Under the pieces are notes generated by a model. It made no database searches. It saw nothing but the letters and a program-made list of their open reading frames with translations, and was not told where the DNA came from. Made by a program: the position numbers and the translations under genes. Of a DNA stretch of 64,000 nucleotides, positions 22,518 to 34,435 are shown one piece after another. Positions within the stretch are counted from its first letter, which is position 1. Every line of letters starts with the position of its first letter. This stretch comes from Fidelibacterota bacterium (GTDB lineage: Bacteria > Fidelibacterota > Marinisomatia > Marinisomatales > Marinisomataceae), in NCBI GenBank assembly GCA_965212055.1, contig OZ243041.1:832001-896000 (forward strand). Reading direction: 5' to 3'.

Positions 22518-23730
22518 GACGTAACGCATCGATTGGGTGAAGGTTGGCAGCAGTTCTTGCTGGAAGAATACCAGATGTTATGCCGATAAATACACAAATC
22601 ATAAAAGTATAAAAAATTAATAGGAGATCAAATTCAACTGGAAAGGATGCATAAGAAGATAGAGCAACTGTCATTAATTTGACCAATACAATTCCTATTG
22701 TTCCTCCAATAATTGAAATAGCAATTGCTTCACTTAAAAATTGTACCAAAATGTTGTTATTTGTTGCACCCATTGCTTTTCTTAAACCAATTTCTTTAGT
22801 GCGTTCTCGTACAGAAACAAACATCACATTCATAATACCTATTGCAGAAACAACTAAAGATATTCCTGTCACCATAAAAGCCATTCCAGCAATAGCAATT
22901 TTCATACCATCAAACTGACTCTGATATGCGTCAGCAGAATTCACAGCAAAATCATCTTCCTGATCAGGTCGTAATTTACGAGCTACCCTCATAATCATCC
23001 CTACTTCCTCTTTTGCTTTATATAAATTTTCAGGTTCTGTTTGTAATATCAATTCATCAAAACCCCATCTTGTCAAGATACGTTTAAAAGTTGATGAAGG
23101 CATAATCACTAGATTATCAAGTGTCCCTCCTGGGACCATTCCCATTCCCTGCTTTTTGAGTTCGCCAATGATTTCAAAAGTAACACCACCAACTTTTATT
23201 TTTTTTCCTATTGGATCTTTACCATCAAAAAATCCATCTCTTACTGTACCACCAACAATTACAACTCTTCTTTGCAAGGTCCATTCATTTTCAGAAAAGA
23301 ATCTTCCATTAGTCACTTCTGTTCCACTTAACATTTCACCATAACTTGGATACACACCATTAACTTGTAACCAAGACGCTTTATTTTGGTATGCAGATCT
23401 TATCCAAGTACTTTTTTTAATAGATACATCTGTAACATATTCACTATATTGATTGATATAATCGAGATATGCTTCCTCAATTTTCGGACGATTACGATAT
23501 TTCCACCAATCGAAATCAAATGACCATGGCCATGTTGATACATAAATCTTATCATTTCCGTAATAATCCATTGATCTTGCAAATTCTTTATCAATACTAG
23601 AAGCTCCAGCAGTAACGATACTAACAGTAAAGATACCAATGGTTAATCCAAGAGATGTTAAAGCAACTCGCGTAATGTTGGATCGAATTGCACCAAGACC
23701 AATTAAAATATTTTTAATAATGTCATTCAT
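22510..23730 (-). CDS. MacB/FtsX-like ABC permease
   Basis: [36 protein letters not shown]. Confidence 0.93.
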   Translation of the reverse strand: MNDIIKNILIGLGAIRSNITRVALTSLGLTIGIFTVSIVTAGASSIDKEFARSMDYYGNDKIYVSTWPWSFDFDWWKYRNRPKIEEAYLDYINQYSEYVTDVSIKKSTWIRSAYQNKASWLQVNGVYPSYGEMLSGTEVTNGRFFSENEWTLQRRVVIVGGTVRDGFFDGKDPIGKKIKVGGVTFEIIGELKKQGMGMVPGGTLDNLVIMPSSTFKRILTRWGFDELILQTEPENLYKAKEEVGMIMRVARKLRPDQEDDFAVNSADAYQSQFDGMKIAIAGMAFMVTGISLVVSAIGIMNVMFVSVRERTKEIGLRKAMGATNNNILVQFLSEAIAISIIGGTIGIVLVKLMTVALSSYASFPVEFDLLLIFYTFMICVFIGITSGILPARTAANLHPIDALRHE

Positions 23731-24412
23731 CTAATGTAATTTTACCATCGAAAATTTCTACTCTTCTTTTTGCACGCTTTGCAATTGATTTCTCATGAGT
23801 TACAACAATTAAAGTATTGCCAGCTTTGTGTAATTGATCAAAAAATTTCAAAATTTCTAATCCACTTTTTGAATCTAAATTACCAGTTGGTTCATCAGCT
23901 AAAATAATAGAAGGTTTATTAACCAAAGCACGTGCAATTGCTACACGTTGTCTCTGTCCTCCAGATAATTCATTAGGTTTATGTGTCATTCTATCTTCTA
24001 ATCCAACAATTTTTAATGCTTCTTTTGCTCTTTGAGTTCGTTTTGATCTATTTAAAGAAGAATAAATTAGAGGAACTTCTACATTTTGAAGTGCATTAAG
24101 TTTCGGCAACAAATTGAACGTTTGAAAAACAAATCCAATTTTTTCATTTCGGATATTTGCAAGTTGACTATCATTCATTTCGGATATTAATGCTTTATTA
24201 AACTTATAAGTCCCCTTGGTGGGAACATCCAAACAGCCAATAATATTCATTAATGTTGATTTTCCAGAACCAGATGGCCCCATAATCGATATAAAATCAT
24301 TTTCATAGATGCTTACTGAAACATTATCTAAAGCTTTAACAACATTAGTCCCTAAATGATAAATTTTAGAGATTGATTTTATAGATATTATCTCTTTTTT
24401 TGATTTAGCCAC
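23723..24412 (-). CDS. ABC ATP-binding subunit (MacB/LolD type)
   Basis: [29 protein letters not shown]. Confidence 0.96.
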   Translation of the reverse strand: MAKSKKEIISIKSISKIYHLGTNVVKALDNVSVSIYENDFISIMGPSGSGKSTLMNIIGCLDVPTKGTYKFNKALISEMNDSQLANIRNEKIGFVFQTFNLLPKLNALQNVEVPLIYSSLNRSKRTQRAKEALKIVGLEDRMTHKPNELSGGQRQRVAIARALVNKPSIILADEPTGNLDSKSGLEILKFFDQLHKAGNTLIVVTHEKSIAKRAKRRVEIFDGKITLDE

Positions 24413-25661
24413 GTTTACGACTAGATCTTGAATTATTATTAGATTTTTCTTTAACGATCACTTTTGCACCATCATATAAATCTCGACTAATTGCTACAAA
24501 ACCTCCGGTAACAATTTCTTCGCCTTCTTCAAGGCCAGAGATTATTTCATAATCTCTATCACCAACAATACCAGTTTCAACAAAACGCTGCTCTACAGTA
24601 TTCCCTTTAACAACAAAAACAACATTTCTACCTTTATTACCTGATTCTTGTGATCTATTTCCCCATTGTCTTTTTTCATTACCCGACTCTACAGAAACAC
24701 TAAAATTAGAAGATTTCTTTTTGGATTCACCATCTGGTGCTTGACGAGGGCTTGTTAAAGACTGAATTGGAATTGTAAGAACTTGTTCTCGATTTTCGGT
24801 AATAATATCAACTGCTGCACTCATACCTGGTCTCATTCCATCAGCAACTTCTAACATTTGTACTTTTACCTGAAAATTTGTCACTTGTTGTTGTGAACCA
24901 CCACTTGAAGTACTTGCAGCATATGCTACTTCTTTGACTACGCCTTTAAACTTTCGATCTTGATACGCATCTACTTCGACCAGCGCGTAATCATTTAGAG
25001 AAACATCAGTAATATCATTTTCATTCACATTAACTAGTACTTCCATTCTAGATAAATCTGATAGCTTAATTAATACCTGAGGGTTAAACATCCCTCCTTG
25101 AGCTAAATCACCGACCTCTCCTGTAAGATATGTAATAGTTCCATCTTGTGGTGCTACTAATTTCAATTTTTGTAGAGCATCTTCATCTTGAATTAGTCTA
25201 GCTTTTGCTTGATTATAAGAACTAAGTGCTGAAGCATATGAAGAATTGGTTGTTTCCATTTCTTGATCAGATATTAGTCCTTGTTTATATAATTCTTCCT
25301 GACGTGACTTTTGAGATTTTCTTTGCTCCAGTTGTACTAAAGTTGCTTCTACACTCGCTCTTGATGCTTCTGTCGCAGCTCTTTGTTGACGATCATCTAA
25401 AGACATTAAAAAATCGCCTTTTTTAACAAAGTCTCCTTCTTTGACTGCAATATCGGTAATATAAGTAGTATTATTTGCACTTAATTTAATTTCTATTTCA
25501 GGCTGTAATTCACCATCGGAAACTACTTTGCTAGATAAATCTTTTCTTTCCATTTTCATGGTAGAAACTTCAATAGATCCATCACCATTAGATGAAAATG
25601 GGTTTAGATATAAAACAATTCCTGCTAAAACTACTAAACCAGCGATTAATTTTTTCTTCAC
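24405..25661 (-). CDS. Efflux periplasmic adaptor (MacA-like membrane fusion protein)
   Basis: N-terminal anchor, [11 protein letters not shown] lipoyl half, helical hairpin, [16 protein letters not shown]. Confidence 0.92.
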   Translation of the reverse strand: MKKKLIAGLVVLAGIVLYLNPFSSNGDGSIEVSTMKMERKDLSSKVVSDGELQPEIEIKLSANNTTYITDIAVKEGDFVKKGDFLMSLDDRQQRAATEASRASVEATLVQLEQRKSQKSRQEELYKQGLISDQEMETTNSSYASALSSYNQAKARLIQDEDALQKLKLVAPQDGTITYLTGEVGDLAQGGMFNPQVLIKLSDLSRMEVLVNVNENDITDVSLNDYALVEVDAYQDRKFKGVVKEVAYAASTSSGGSQQQVTNFQVKVQMLEVADGMRPGMSAAVDIITENREQVLTIPIQSLTSPRQAPDGESKKKSSNFSVSVESGNEKRQWGNRSQESGNKGRNVVFVVKGNTVEQRFVETGIVGDRDYEIISGLEEGEEIVTGGFVAISRDLYDGAKVIVKEKSNNNSRSSRKRG

Positions 25662-25670
25662 ATTTACTCC

Positions 25671-26942
25671 TTATTGATATTTTTTATCTAGCGTTCCTAA
25701 CAATCCATCCAAGTTTGCAAGTTGCATCGCAGCATCATATTTTGTTGTTACCAATGTTGAACTTGCTTGGAGCACTGCTAATTGTGCATCTAACAATTCT
25801 AAAATTGTTGCGGAACCTAATTCATATTTATTTTGTGCTAATCGTAAATCTTCTTCTGCAGAAATTAATACTTCTTCATAGATTGGAATCAGTTCTTCAT
25901 AATTTTTGAGAGTATTGATTAATGAAGATAAGCTAACTTTGGCATCTTTTCTCGAAGAGTCATACATCATTTTGGATTGTCCAAATCGTATTTTAGATAT
26001 TTCTACAGAATTTCTATTCTTGAGACCAGAAAAAATAGGAATACTAAGAGTTAAATTTGCACTCTTAATATAATTATCATTAAAAAATTCACTTGTAACC
26101 TGTTCATTAGAATATGCATTCATTCCAACACTCAAATTTAAGCTCGGCAAACTTGATCCCCATGATGAACGAAGATTCAATTGGGCAGTCTCAATCTGTG
26201 CATCTAAAATCCTTAACTCAGGACTATTCCCAACCATAATCTCATATGCTTCATTAAAATCAGGAATAATCAATTCTATATTAACTTTATCTCTAATTTT
26301 TAGTTCTATATCTTGTTCTAAAAGTCCCATACTATTTTTTAATGTCTGCTCACTATTATCTCGATTAAGTTTTCTAGATAACAAAGTAGATCTTGCTGTT
26401 CCATATTGTACAGATGCCTTTAAATAGTCAGTTTTGCTCACAGATCCTAGATTATATCGTCTTTCTACCAATTCCAATTGTCTTGAAGACAATTCTAGAT
26501 TCTTTTCAGCAATAGTAAAGAGTTCTTTATTTTTTAAAAATTGATAGTAATACGTATAAACATTCGAGATGATTCTTGATTTTGATTGTCTTTCATTTTC
26601 CTTTGCAATAAGATAATTATTATTACTTTGTCTTACATTTCTGGCATTATTACCAGAATTAAATAAATTTTGATTTAAGCTAATTCCAGCTCCATAATTT
26701 TCACTCGTAGAAAGGCTAGAATTTCCATATGTAGTTTCACTAAAAGAATTGCTTGCTCGCACTGTTGGCAATAACATTCCTATCGCAGAAACTCTATTCA
26801 GTTGAGCTATTTTAGTATCTTGTTCAGCACGCTTCACTGCAGCTTTATTTTCTAGTGCAATACGGACACACTCATCTACACTTAATGTCTGTCCAAAAAG
26901 AACAGAAAAAGATAAAAATAATGTTATAATTTTTCTTTGCAT
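25671..26942 (-). CDS. TolC-family outer membrane channel
   Basis: Signal peptide, duplicated LP.L / RY.LG.....D(E)LL OEP repeats; heads the MFP/ABC operon. Confidence 0.92.
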   Translation of the reverse strand: MQRKIITLFLSFSVLFGQTLSVDECVRIALENKAAVKRAEQDTKIAQLNRVSAIGMLLPTVRASNSFSETTYGNSSLSTSENYGAGISLNQNLFNSGNNARNVRQSNNNYLIAKENERQSKSRIISNVYTYYYQFLKNKELFTIAEKNLELSSRQLELVERRYNLGSVSKTDYLKASVQYGTARSTLLSRKLNRDNSEQTLKNSMGLLEQDIELKIRDKVNIELIIPDFNEAYEIMVGNSPELRILDAQIETAQLNLRSSWGSSLPSLNLSVGMNAYSNEQVTSEFFNDNYIKSANLTLSIPIFSGLKNRNSVEISKIRFGQSKMMYDSSRKDAKVSLSSLINTLKNYEELIPIYEEVLISAEEDLRLAQNKYELGSATILELLDAQLAVLQASSTLVTTKYDAAMQLANLDGLLGTLDKKYQ

Positions 26943-26948
26943 ATAATA

Positions 26949-27863
26949 TTAACTAAAAGCGTTTTTTAACAACTCAATACTCTTTGGAACACCTGTAATG
27001 GCATCCTCTTTACCTTCAAATTCTAATGATATATAACCTTTATAGTTAACTTTATTTAATATTTCTGCTATCCGTGGATAATCTAAATCTAAAGTATACC
27101 ATTCTCCTCCACCATAATATGTTTTCGCTTGAACAAATACAGTTTGAGATGCAATTTGTTCTAGTTTATTATAAGGATCTTCTAAAAAATTACCTGTATC
27201 CATTAACACGCCTAGCCAAGGAGAATCTATAGAATTTACAATACGTAAAAGTCCTTCAGGTGTGCGGGTAAGTCCCCAGTGATTTTCCAAAGCAAGTACA
27301 ACGCCAGCTTGCTCAGCATGGGGAAGACAATCATGAATCGAATCTATACACCATTTAAAACCATCATCTTCCGTAAATCCTGGAAGAACCGGCTCAATAC
27401 CTTTATTGGCCATCAAATCATCAAACGATTCAGTTGTATTCCATCTCCCAGAATTAAGACGGATATAAGAAATTCCTAAATCGTGCGCTATATCAATACA
27501 TTTTTTTGTATGATCAATATTTTTATTTCTTTTTTCTTTATCTGGATCAACAAAATCTTGATGTATAGACAAACAAATCAATTCAATCCCTTTATCTTCG
27601 GCTCTATTCTTTAAAGATCGTATATATTCAGGGGTTTCATTGTCCATTTGTACATGGAGAACATCCACTCCATCTACGCCAATATTAGCTGCATGATCAA
27701 TTACTTGTTGTACAGTTACTTTTGGTTCACGAAAATGCCAATAAGAATAAGTGGCGATTGCAAATTTATAATTTGAATTCATATTTATTTTCCCGCAGGA
27801 TTGTAAAAAAGAGCTAGCAAATGGTGCAATCATCGCTGTCGCAATAAATTTTCTACGATTCAT
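26949..27863 (-). CDS. Sugar-phosphate isomerase/epimerase-family TIM barrel with Tat signal
   Basis: MNRRKFI twin-arginine, LQSC lipobox-like, LALENHW, DTGNF, YKGYISLEFEG. Confidence 0.85.
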   Translation of the reverse strand: MNRRKFIATAMIAPFASSFLQSCGKINMNSNYKFAIATYSYWHFREPKVTVQQVIDHAANIGVDGVDVLHVQMDNETPEYIRSLKNRAEDKGIELICLSIHQDFVDPDKEKRNKNIDHTKKCIDIAHDLGISYIRLNSGRWNTTESFDDLMANKGIEPVLPGFTEDDGFKWCIDSIHDCLPHAEQAGVVLALENHWGLTRTPEGLLRIVNSIDSPWLGVLMDTGNFLEDPYNKLEQIASQTVFVQAKTYYGGGEWYTLDLDYPRIAEILNKVNYKGYISLEFEGKEDAITGVPKSIELLKNAFS

Positions 27864-27928
27864 CGATATATATTTTGTTTTTCATTTTAATTATTAGACG
27901 TTATAAATAACAAAAAAGTAAAAAAGAA

Positions 27929-29356
27929 TTAACTAAATTTATCTGTCTTTTTCAATACATTTAGAAACTTTATTGCTTCCTTATGAGAATTCTCTATTTC
28001 ACCATCTAAAATAGCTTCTTCAACAAGAGATTTAATTGCCCCAATTTTTTTTCCAGCTGATAAATTAAACATTTTCATAATCTCATCTCCTTTAACAGGA
28101 GATTGGAATGAACGCAGCTTATCTAATTCATCAACTTCATTCATTCGTTTTTCGACACGATCAAAATTAGAGAGGTATTTTTTAACATTATCAGGATTCT
28201 TTGTAGTAATATCTGCTCGACATAATAACATTAAATCATCTAAATGTTCTCCACCATCTACAATCAATCTTCTAATTGCAGAATCAGTAACTTCTTTTTT
28301 TGCCAAACTAATTGGTCGCAAGTGTAATGCAGTTAATTTTTGGATATAATTTTTAGTTTTATTAGAAAATTTCATTCTTTTTGAAATATCTTCCAACATT
28401 CTTGAACCGAGATCGTCATGACCATAAAATGTGTATCCTTTTTTACTATGCAATCTCCTAGTTTTAGGTTTAGCAATATCATGCACCAATGCTGCTAAAC
28501 GCAAATTAGTATCATTAGACAATTTTGCAGCATTATCTACTACTTCCATTGTATGAAAGAAAATATCTTTGTGATGCCATTCACTTGTCTGTTCTAGTCC
28601 ATACATCACAGCAATTTCAGGAAAAATATGTTTTAATAAATCTGTTTCCTGTAGAATAATAAATCCAACTGATGGTTTTGGAGTTTCTAATATTTTAAAC
28701 AACTCATTGGTAATGCGTTCTTGAGAAACAATTTTAATCCTATCAACATTACTTTTTATTGATTTCAAACATTTTTTATCAAGATCCATTGATAATTTTG
28801 ATGCAAAATGTGCAGCTCTCATCATTCGCAAAGGATCTTCTTTAAATGTAGTATCAGGATTGACTGGGGTAATTAATAGTTTGGATTTTAAATGCTGAAT
28901 ACCATTAAATGGATCAATTAAAGTACCAAATTCATTCTTGACAAGAGAAATTGCTATAGCATTAATAGTAAAATCTCTTCTTTTTAAATCATTAGTAACA
29001 TCAGTCATATCAACTGATTTTGGTTTTCTTGAATCTGCAGCATAAGATTCAAGTCGTGCAGACGCTACTTCAATCTCACATTCTTTATATGGAATACGTG
29101 CAGTAAAAAACTCTGGAAAAGGCACAATTGTTTTTACGCCTAATTTTTTAGCAAGCTTCTTTGCATAATCGATTGCATCGCCTTCAATCATAATATCAAT
29201 GTCTGTAGCATCTTTTTGAGGATCTATCAATAGATCTCTTACACAACCTCCAACTAGAAATGTCGGGACATTTATATCATCAGATAGTTTGCTAATTTCT
29301 TTTGATAAGCGATATAATCTCTTATTTTCCTTAATTATGTCTTTAATTATTGCCAT
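27929..29356 (-). CDS. cca: CCA tRNA nucleotidyltransferase with HD domain
   Basis: LVGGCVRD, DIDI, RRDFTINA, EDPLR, HDIAK; both tRNAs here lack encoded CCA. Confidence 0.88.
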   Translation of the reverse strand: MAIIKDIIKENKRLYRLSKEISKLSDDINVPTFLVGGCVRDLLIDPQKDATDIDIMIEGDAIDYAKKLAKKLGVKTIVPFPEFFTARIPYKECEIEVASARLESYAADSRKPKSVDMTDVTNDLKRRDFTINAIAISLVKNEFGTLIDPFNGIQHLKSKLLITPVNPDTTFKEDPLRMMRAAHFASKLSMDLDKKCLKSIKSNVDRIKIVSQERITNELFKILETPKPSVGFIILQETDLLKHIFPEIAVMYGLEQTSEWHHKDIFFHTMEVVDNAAKLSNDTNLRLAALVHDIAKPKTRRLHSKKGYTFYGHDDLGSRMLEDISKRMKFSNKTKNYIQKLTALHLRPISLAKKEVTDSAIRRLIVDGGEHLDDLMLLCRADITTKNPDNVKKYLSNFDRVEKRMNEVDELDKLRSFQSPVKGDEIMKMFNLSAGKKIGAIKSLVEEAILDGEIENSHKEAIKFLNVLKKTDKFS

Positions 29357-29386
29357 TTTGTAAATTAAAAAATATATCTTTCAATT

Positions 29387-30226
29387 ATGCTAGAAAAACT
29401 AAATAAACAGATTTTATTTATTCTCTTTATTTCTCTACTAAATGGACAATTTAAGGATACTTCTATTGCATTTGATGATCGTCTTCTTAAATCAGATGAA
29501 AGATCTTCTTTGTTTCAATTAGAAAATGACATTAAAAGATTTTATGAATACGCAGTATGGAATGAAGAATATAGTGATTTAGCAATTAATTTAAATATTC
29601 AACTTATTTTTGAAGGAAGTGCTAATCAAGGCAGTGCAAAAACATATGCAATTCAATCACTATTTAGTAATGGAAAAGATTTGCATTTTTTTGATAAAGG
29701 ATCTCAATTTGTTTTAAACCAAAATTCTCTATACTATGATAGTGTTTATTTTGATCCATTATCAAGTCTTCTAGGATTTTACGGAAATATTATCTTAGGA
29801 GCAGAATTAGACACTTGGTCATTATTTGGTGGTACTTCTCATTATGAAAAAGCAAGGTCTATTGCAATTCGATCAAATGCATCCAATTTTTCTAGAGGAT
29901 GGGAACAACGTTTAATACTCATTGAATTATTAACAGCAAATATTGGCTTAAGAAAACTAAGATATTCTACCTATTTGAGCTATGATCAGTATAATAATGG
30001 TAGAATAGACGCATGTTCAGAATCATTAACTGAATTTGTTAATAATTTAGATGAGATTTTTAACAATTATAATCAAGAAAATTACACAAATATCTTCATG
30101 AAATTTCATGGAAAAAAGATTGGTGAAATAATGAAAAAACTTGGCCAGAAAGAACTTTTAAATAAAATGATCTACTTGGACCCTCAAAGAAAAGATATTT
30201 ATGAAAATTATTTAAGTGAAATCTGA
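29387..30226 (+). CDS. DUF4835-like (PorD-like) exported protein
   Basis: Signal peptide; DPLSSLLGFYGNIILG.ELDTW..GG..YEKA..I..GW pattern. Confidence 0.65.
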   Translation: MLEKLNKQILFILFISLLNGQFKDTSIAFDDRLLKSDERSSLFQLENDIKRFYEYAVWNEEYSDLAINLNIQLIFEGSANQGSAKTYAIQSLFSNGKDLHFFDKGSQFVLNQNSLYYDSVYFDPLSSLLGFYGNIILGAELDTWSLFGGTSHYEKARSIAIRSNASNFSRGWEQRLILIELLTANIGLRKLRYSTYLSYDQYNNGRIDACSESLTEFVNNLDEIFNNYNQENYTNIFMKFHGKKIGEIMKKLGQKELLNKMIYLDPQRKDIYENYLSEI

Positions 30227-31235
30227 GAAAAATATTTTTTTTGTTTAAAAAAATAGTCTATTGCAATACTCCCATTATAAATATTATTCAATTTATTTAA
30301 TCGATAACGGTTTTTTTGTCTAACTCTAATAATCTTTGGTAATGAAAAGAATAACCAAAAATGTGCATTAGTAATTCCAAGAAATCTTTTAAAATCTAAA
30401 GTCATAATTGAATAACATAAAGCCATATCATCTAATATAATTTTTGAATAATAGACCTTCCATAATTAAAATCTGTAGAATTTTTTAAAAATAATATCCA
30501 AGAATTACGATGATTCAAATAATAGGAATTTATAGAACTTTTTCTAAAATTTTTATATGGACCATAGTGATAGATGTATGAACTCGGAAATGACCAAACT
30601 TCATGCCCTAAACTTTGTACCCTCCAACAAAGATCAATTTCTTCCATATAGGAAAAATAAATTTCATCAAAACCTTTCAATTCCTTAAAAACATTAGACC
30701 GTATCATAAATGCTGCACCAGATGCCCAAAATATTCTTGATGGATTGTTATATTGGTTATGATCTTCCTCTAACGTATGGAAGATTCTTCCTTGAACAAA
30801 TGGAAAACAAAATTTATCAATAAATCCTCCTGCACCTCCTGCATAATCAAATAATTTTTTATTATGAATATTTAAGATTTTAGGTTGAACAGCAGCAATC
30901 TTTGAATTTGAATCCAGAAAATGAACTAACTTTTCAATCCATTCATTTGAATGTTCCGTATCATTATTTAAAAATAATAAATATTTTCCACTTGCATGGG
31001 TTGCACCCAGATTACATCCTCCACTATAACCTAGATTAGAATTACTTGAAATAATTTCAACATTTTGAAAATTACTTTTTACTCGATTGATTGAATTATC
31101 AGTAGAACCATTATCTACAACAATAATTTCAAAATCTTTGATTGAAATATTTTTATAAATAGAATTAATACAATTGTATAGTAAATCTCCTCCATTGTAA
31201 TTTGGAATAATGATTGATACATAGATCATATTCAT
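30208..31235 (-). pseudogene. GT2 glycosyltransferase, frameshifted near 30441-30445 (or sequencing error)
   Basis: VVDNGSTD, LNND, FDYAGGAGG, MEEIDLCWR; one extra A in the A5 run joins ORF 30208-30426 as QKIILDDMA. Confidence 0.85.
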
Positions 31236-34146
31236 GAATTTTGAAGTTCCTTTATTTCATCTAATAATTTTGTAGCTTCTAAATCTAAATCATTGGGACT
31301 ACGTACTAACCAATCTTCGATTAAGAGAATAGCATTATCATACTCTTCAAGCTCTTTATAACATAGATAGAGCAACAATACCAGTTCAGGTAGTGATTCT
31401 TGCCACTCTTTCCATTCTAATGGAGTAATTTTTGTTGATTTAAACCCTTGTACTTCAAGAGCTTTTTCGATGATAATAAAATTATCATAAATCGTTTCAA
31501 AAATGGTTTTTGCTTCATTATAATCTTCTAACGTTTGAACAAAAGTCTTTCCATATAACAAATAATCATTAATAGCTAAATCATTTCTTTCTATTAATTG
31601 ATTAAGATGATATCTAAGCTTTACTTTATTGCCTAAACCACCATATAATTGCCCAATTTGATATTGTAATTCTTTTGATGGAATTTCAATAATATTACTT
31701 GGCATTTTCTTTTCCATATCTAACAATACTTTTTCTGCTTTACCAAAATTTTTATCAAGATAATGTGAAATTGCCAATCTGGTAAATCCAGTTCTATAAT
31801 TTTGAATTAATCTACCTAATTGTGGATCAACATATATATTGTCATTTGCAAGGTTTCTGTAAATATATCCCGGTTGATATGTCTTTGAAATTGATAGGTT
31901 GGTATTATTATTATAATTCTTGTTATAATCTATGAACCAACTTTCATCCCCTATAATAGATAATAGATTATTGGTCATTGCATCAACATCGATAATTTGA
32001 GATGTATTATTGGATAAACGATATGCTAAACCTTCCATCGTCAAATATTCATCAAGATTTAACATGCTAGTTGGAGATACGGTAACTGCAAAATATACAG
32101 GACGATTCCAATTATTATCCCTAATAATGTATAATACCATTAAGTCTTGAACACGCAACGCTACATCAAAGTAAGTTGGCTTTAATTCCCATTCTATCTT
32201 CCCTGTACTATTTAAAGAATCTTTTGGTGCAGGAAGAGAAAATAAATCTCTAGACCAAGCTTTAAAATCAAGACTATTGATTTCTTCTTCAGTTATCTTA
32301 ATAAAAGGATTATCCTTATTCTTACTTTTAAGTTGTTTGATATACCAAGGAGTATTCAGTAAACTTAAATTGGTAACACTAACATCTTTTCTTATGCCTT
32401 CTACTTCCTGCAAATACCATAATGGGAAAGTATCATTATCTCCATTTGTAAAAAGAATAGCATTTGGTTTACATGTTTGCAACATATTATATGCCATATC
32501 CCATGCGATATAATTACCAGTACGATCGTGTTCATGATAATTTGCTATTAACATTCTTATTGGAATAAATGCTAAAAACATTGTAATCATAAAATATGAA
32601 GCAGGTAATTTGAAAGATTTTTCAAGGAATGTGTCGTTTATTTTACGAATAAACCCAAAGATTCCAATAGCAATCCAAATAGAAAATGTCATGAAACTTC
32701 CAACATAAGAATAATCTCTCTCTCTAGGTTGTGGATTATCTTGATTGAGATAGAACACAATAGCAATTCCTGTCATAATAAATAATACTAAAAGCGAAAA
32801 TGCATCATATTGATTCTTACGAAAGTGAAAATATAATCCATATAAACCAACAATTAAAGCAAGTGGAAGACCAAATTGACTCCAATCAACTCCATCTTGT
32901 TTTTTACTTGCCCCCAAAGGAGATACCAATGAATCATCTGTAGAACCTTTTCCAGCGAATTGCCATAAAAAATATCTCAAATACATCTTATTGATCTGAT
33001 AACTCCATAAAAAAGTCATTTGGTCAGAGAGTTTATAAGTTGCATAGTCATAATTTTGTTTCTTAGAGAATTCTAAATTTTTATCCTCTGGCTTTCCAAC
33101 AACTGCTATTTTGGATGGAAGATCGTCAAATTTCCTTGGCAAAAAAGACATAGCCCCATATTGATCTCTATTTAAATAAGAAATTGCTTCTTCTATAGTT
33201 TCAGGATTATTCTCATCAATAGCTGGATCCTGACTAGAACGAATAAAAATGGTAAAATATGTAGAATACCCAATTACAATTAATAAGATTGAGCTGATAA
33301 TTATTGGGAATACATTCTTTTTTTCTATAAATATATAACGAATCATATAGATATGAAATAAGAACCAAATAACAAAAAGAATAAGCAATCATAAACCAAA
33401 TAATAGACTCTATTGGTAATGAATAAAACTAATTGAGGTAACCCTTTAATAATGCCGTTTTGTATAAGAAAAAAAACAAAAAATGCTAAGAATGTTGTTA
33501 CAAAGAAAGTTTTCATAGAAAACTTATTGATAGAAAAGTATATAATTAATGCAATAAATGGTATAGTAAGCAAATTAAGCAAATGAATTCCAGTTGCTAA
33601 ACCCATAAGATAAACAATCATCATTAAATAAATCATATGATGTTTTTTGTGTCTATTCTTTGACCATAGAAGTATTAAATACACCACTAATGCAGTCATA
33701 AATCCACTAAGAGCATATACTTCAGTTTCTACAGCATTAAACCAATGGCTATGAGTAAATGCAAACGTTAATGAAGCAACAAATGAAGATCCAAATTTAA
33801 GAATAGAATTATCCGTAGTATAATTATTAAGGCGTTCTATAAATTGATTACAGATTAAAAACAATAAAGAAATCGTTGCAGCACTAATAATTGGTGAAAA
33901 AATATTAATCCGAAATGCAATATCACTACTAATTGGAAAAAGACTAAAAAGTTTTCCAATTAATAGGAATAATGGACTACCAGGAGGGTGTGGGACTCCA
34001 AGTATATGTGATGTCGCAATAAATTCTCCAGTATCCCAAAACGATACTGTTGGAGCCATAGTAGAAAAATAAACAAAGAATGTTAGAAAAAATAAAACAA
34101 CAGCTAAAGTATATTCAACATTATTTTTTATCTTCTGTATCATCAT
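31232..34146 (-). pseudogene. DUF2723 / TMEM260-like GT-C membrane protein, broken near 33385-33430 (or sequencing error)
   Basis: SFWDTGEFI, VPHPPG.P, AVETEVY, HLLNLL in ORF 33343-34179; PRERDYSY, FTNGDNDTFPLWY in ORF 31232-33388. Confidence 0.85.
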
Positions 34147-34435
34147 TACTGTGTTCTTCTTTTTTTTCTTCTTCCACAAAATTCATTTTTAATTCTGATA
34201 GAACTTTATCAATATATTCTTTCTCATTCTTATCTAAGCTTGCTTCCATTCTACTATTAATCATTTCAAGCATATCAATTTGAAGTGAAGCACTTCTTAA
34301 ATCAACTTCAGTTTTATCGGTAACAGGATTCTTCATTTTTCCAAGTGCAATCCAAACTCCATAAACAGATTGAGAAATTAACATATCAAAAAGTTGTTTT
34401 TCAGTATATGATTCATTAGTCATTTTTTTCTCCAT
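34121..34435 (-). CDS. DUF1844-like protein
   Basis: LGKMKNPVT..VDL..A..IDMLEM..L.ELKMNFV pattern. Confidence 0.75.
   Translation of the reverse strand: MEKKMTNESYTEKQLFDMLISQSVYGVWIALGKMKNPVTDKTEVDLRSASLQIDMLEMINSRMEASLDKNEKEYIDKVLSELKMNFVEEEKKEEHSNDDTEDKK

Noticed and set aside
21252..26942. TolC-MFP-ATPase-two-permease cluster as a novel system
   Set aside because: Common MacAB-TolC-type architecture; substrate unknown but layout ordinary
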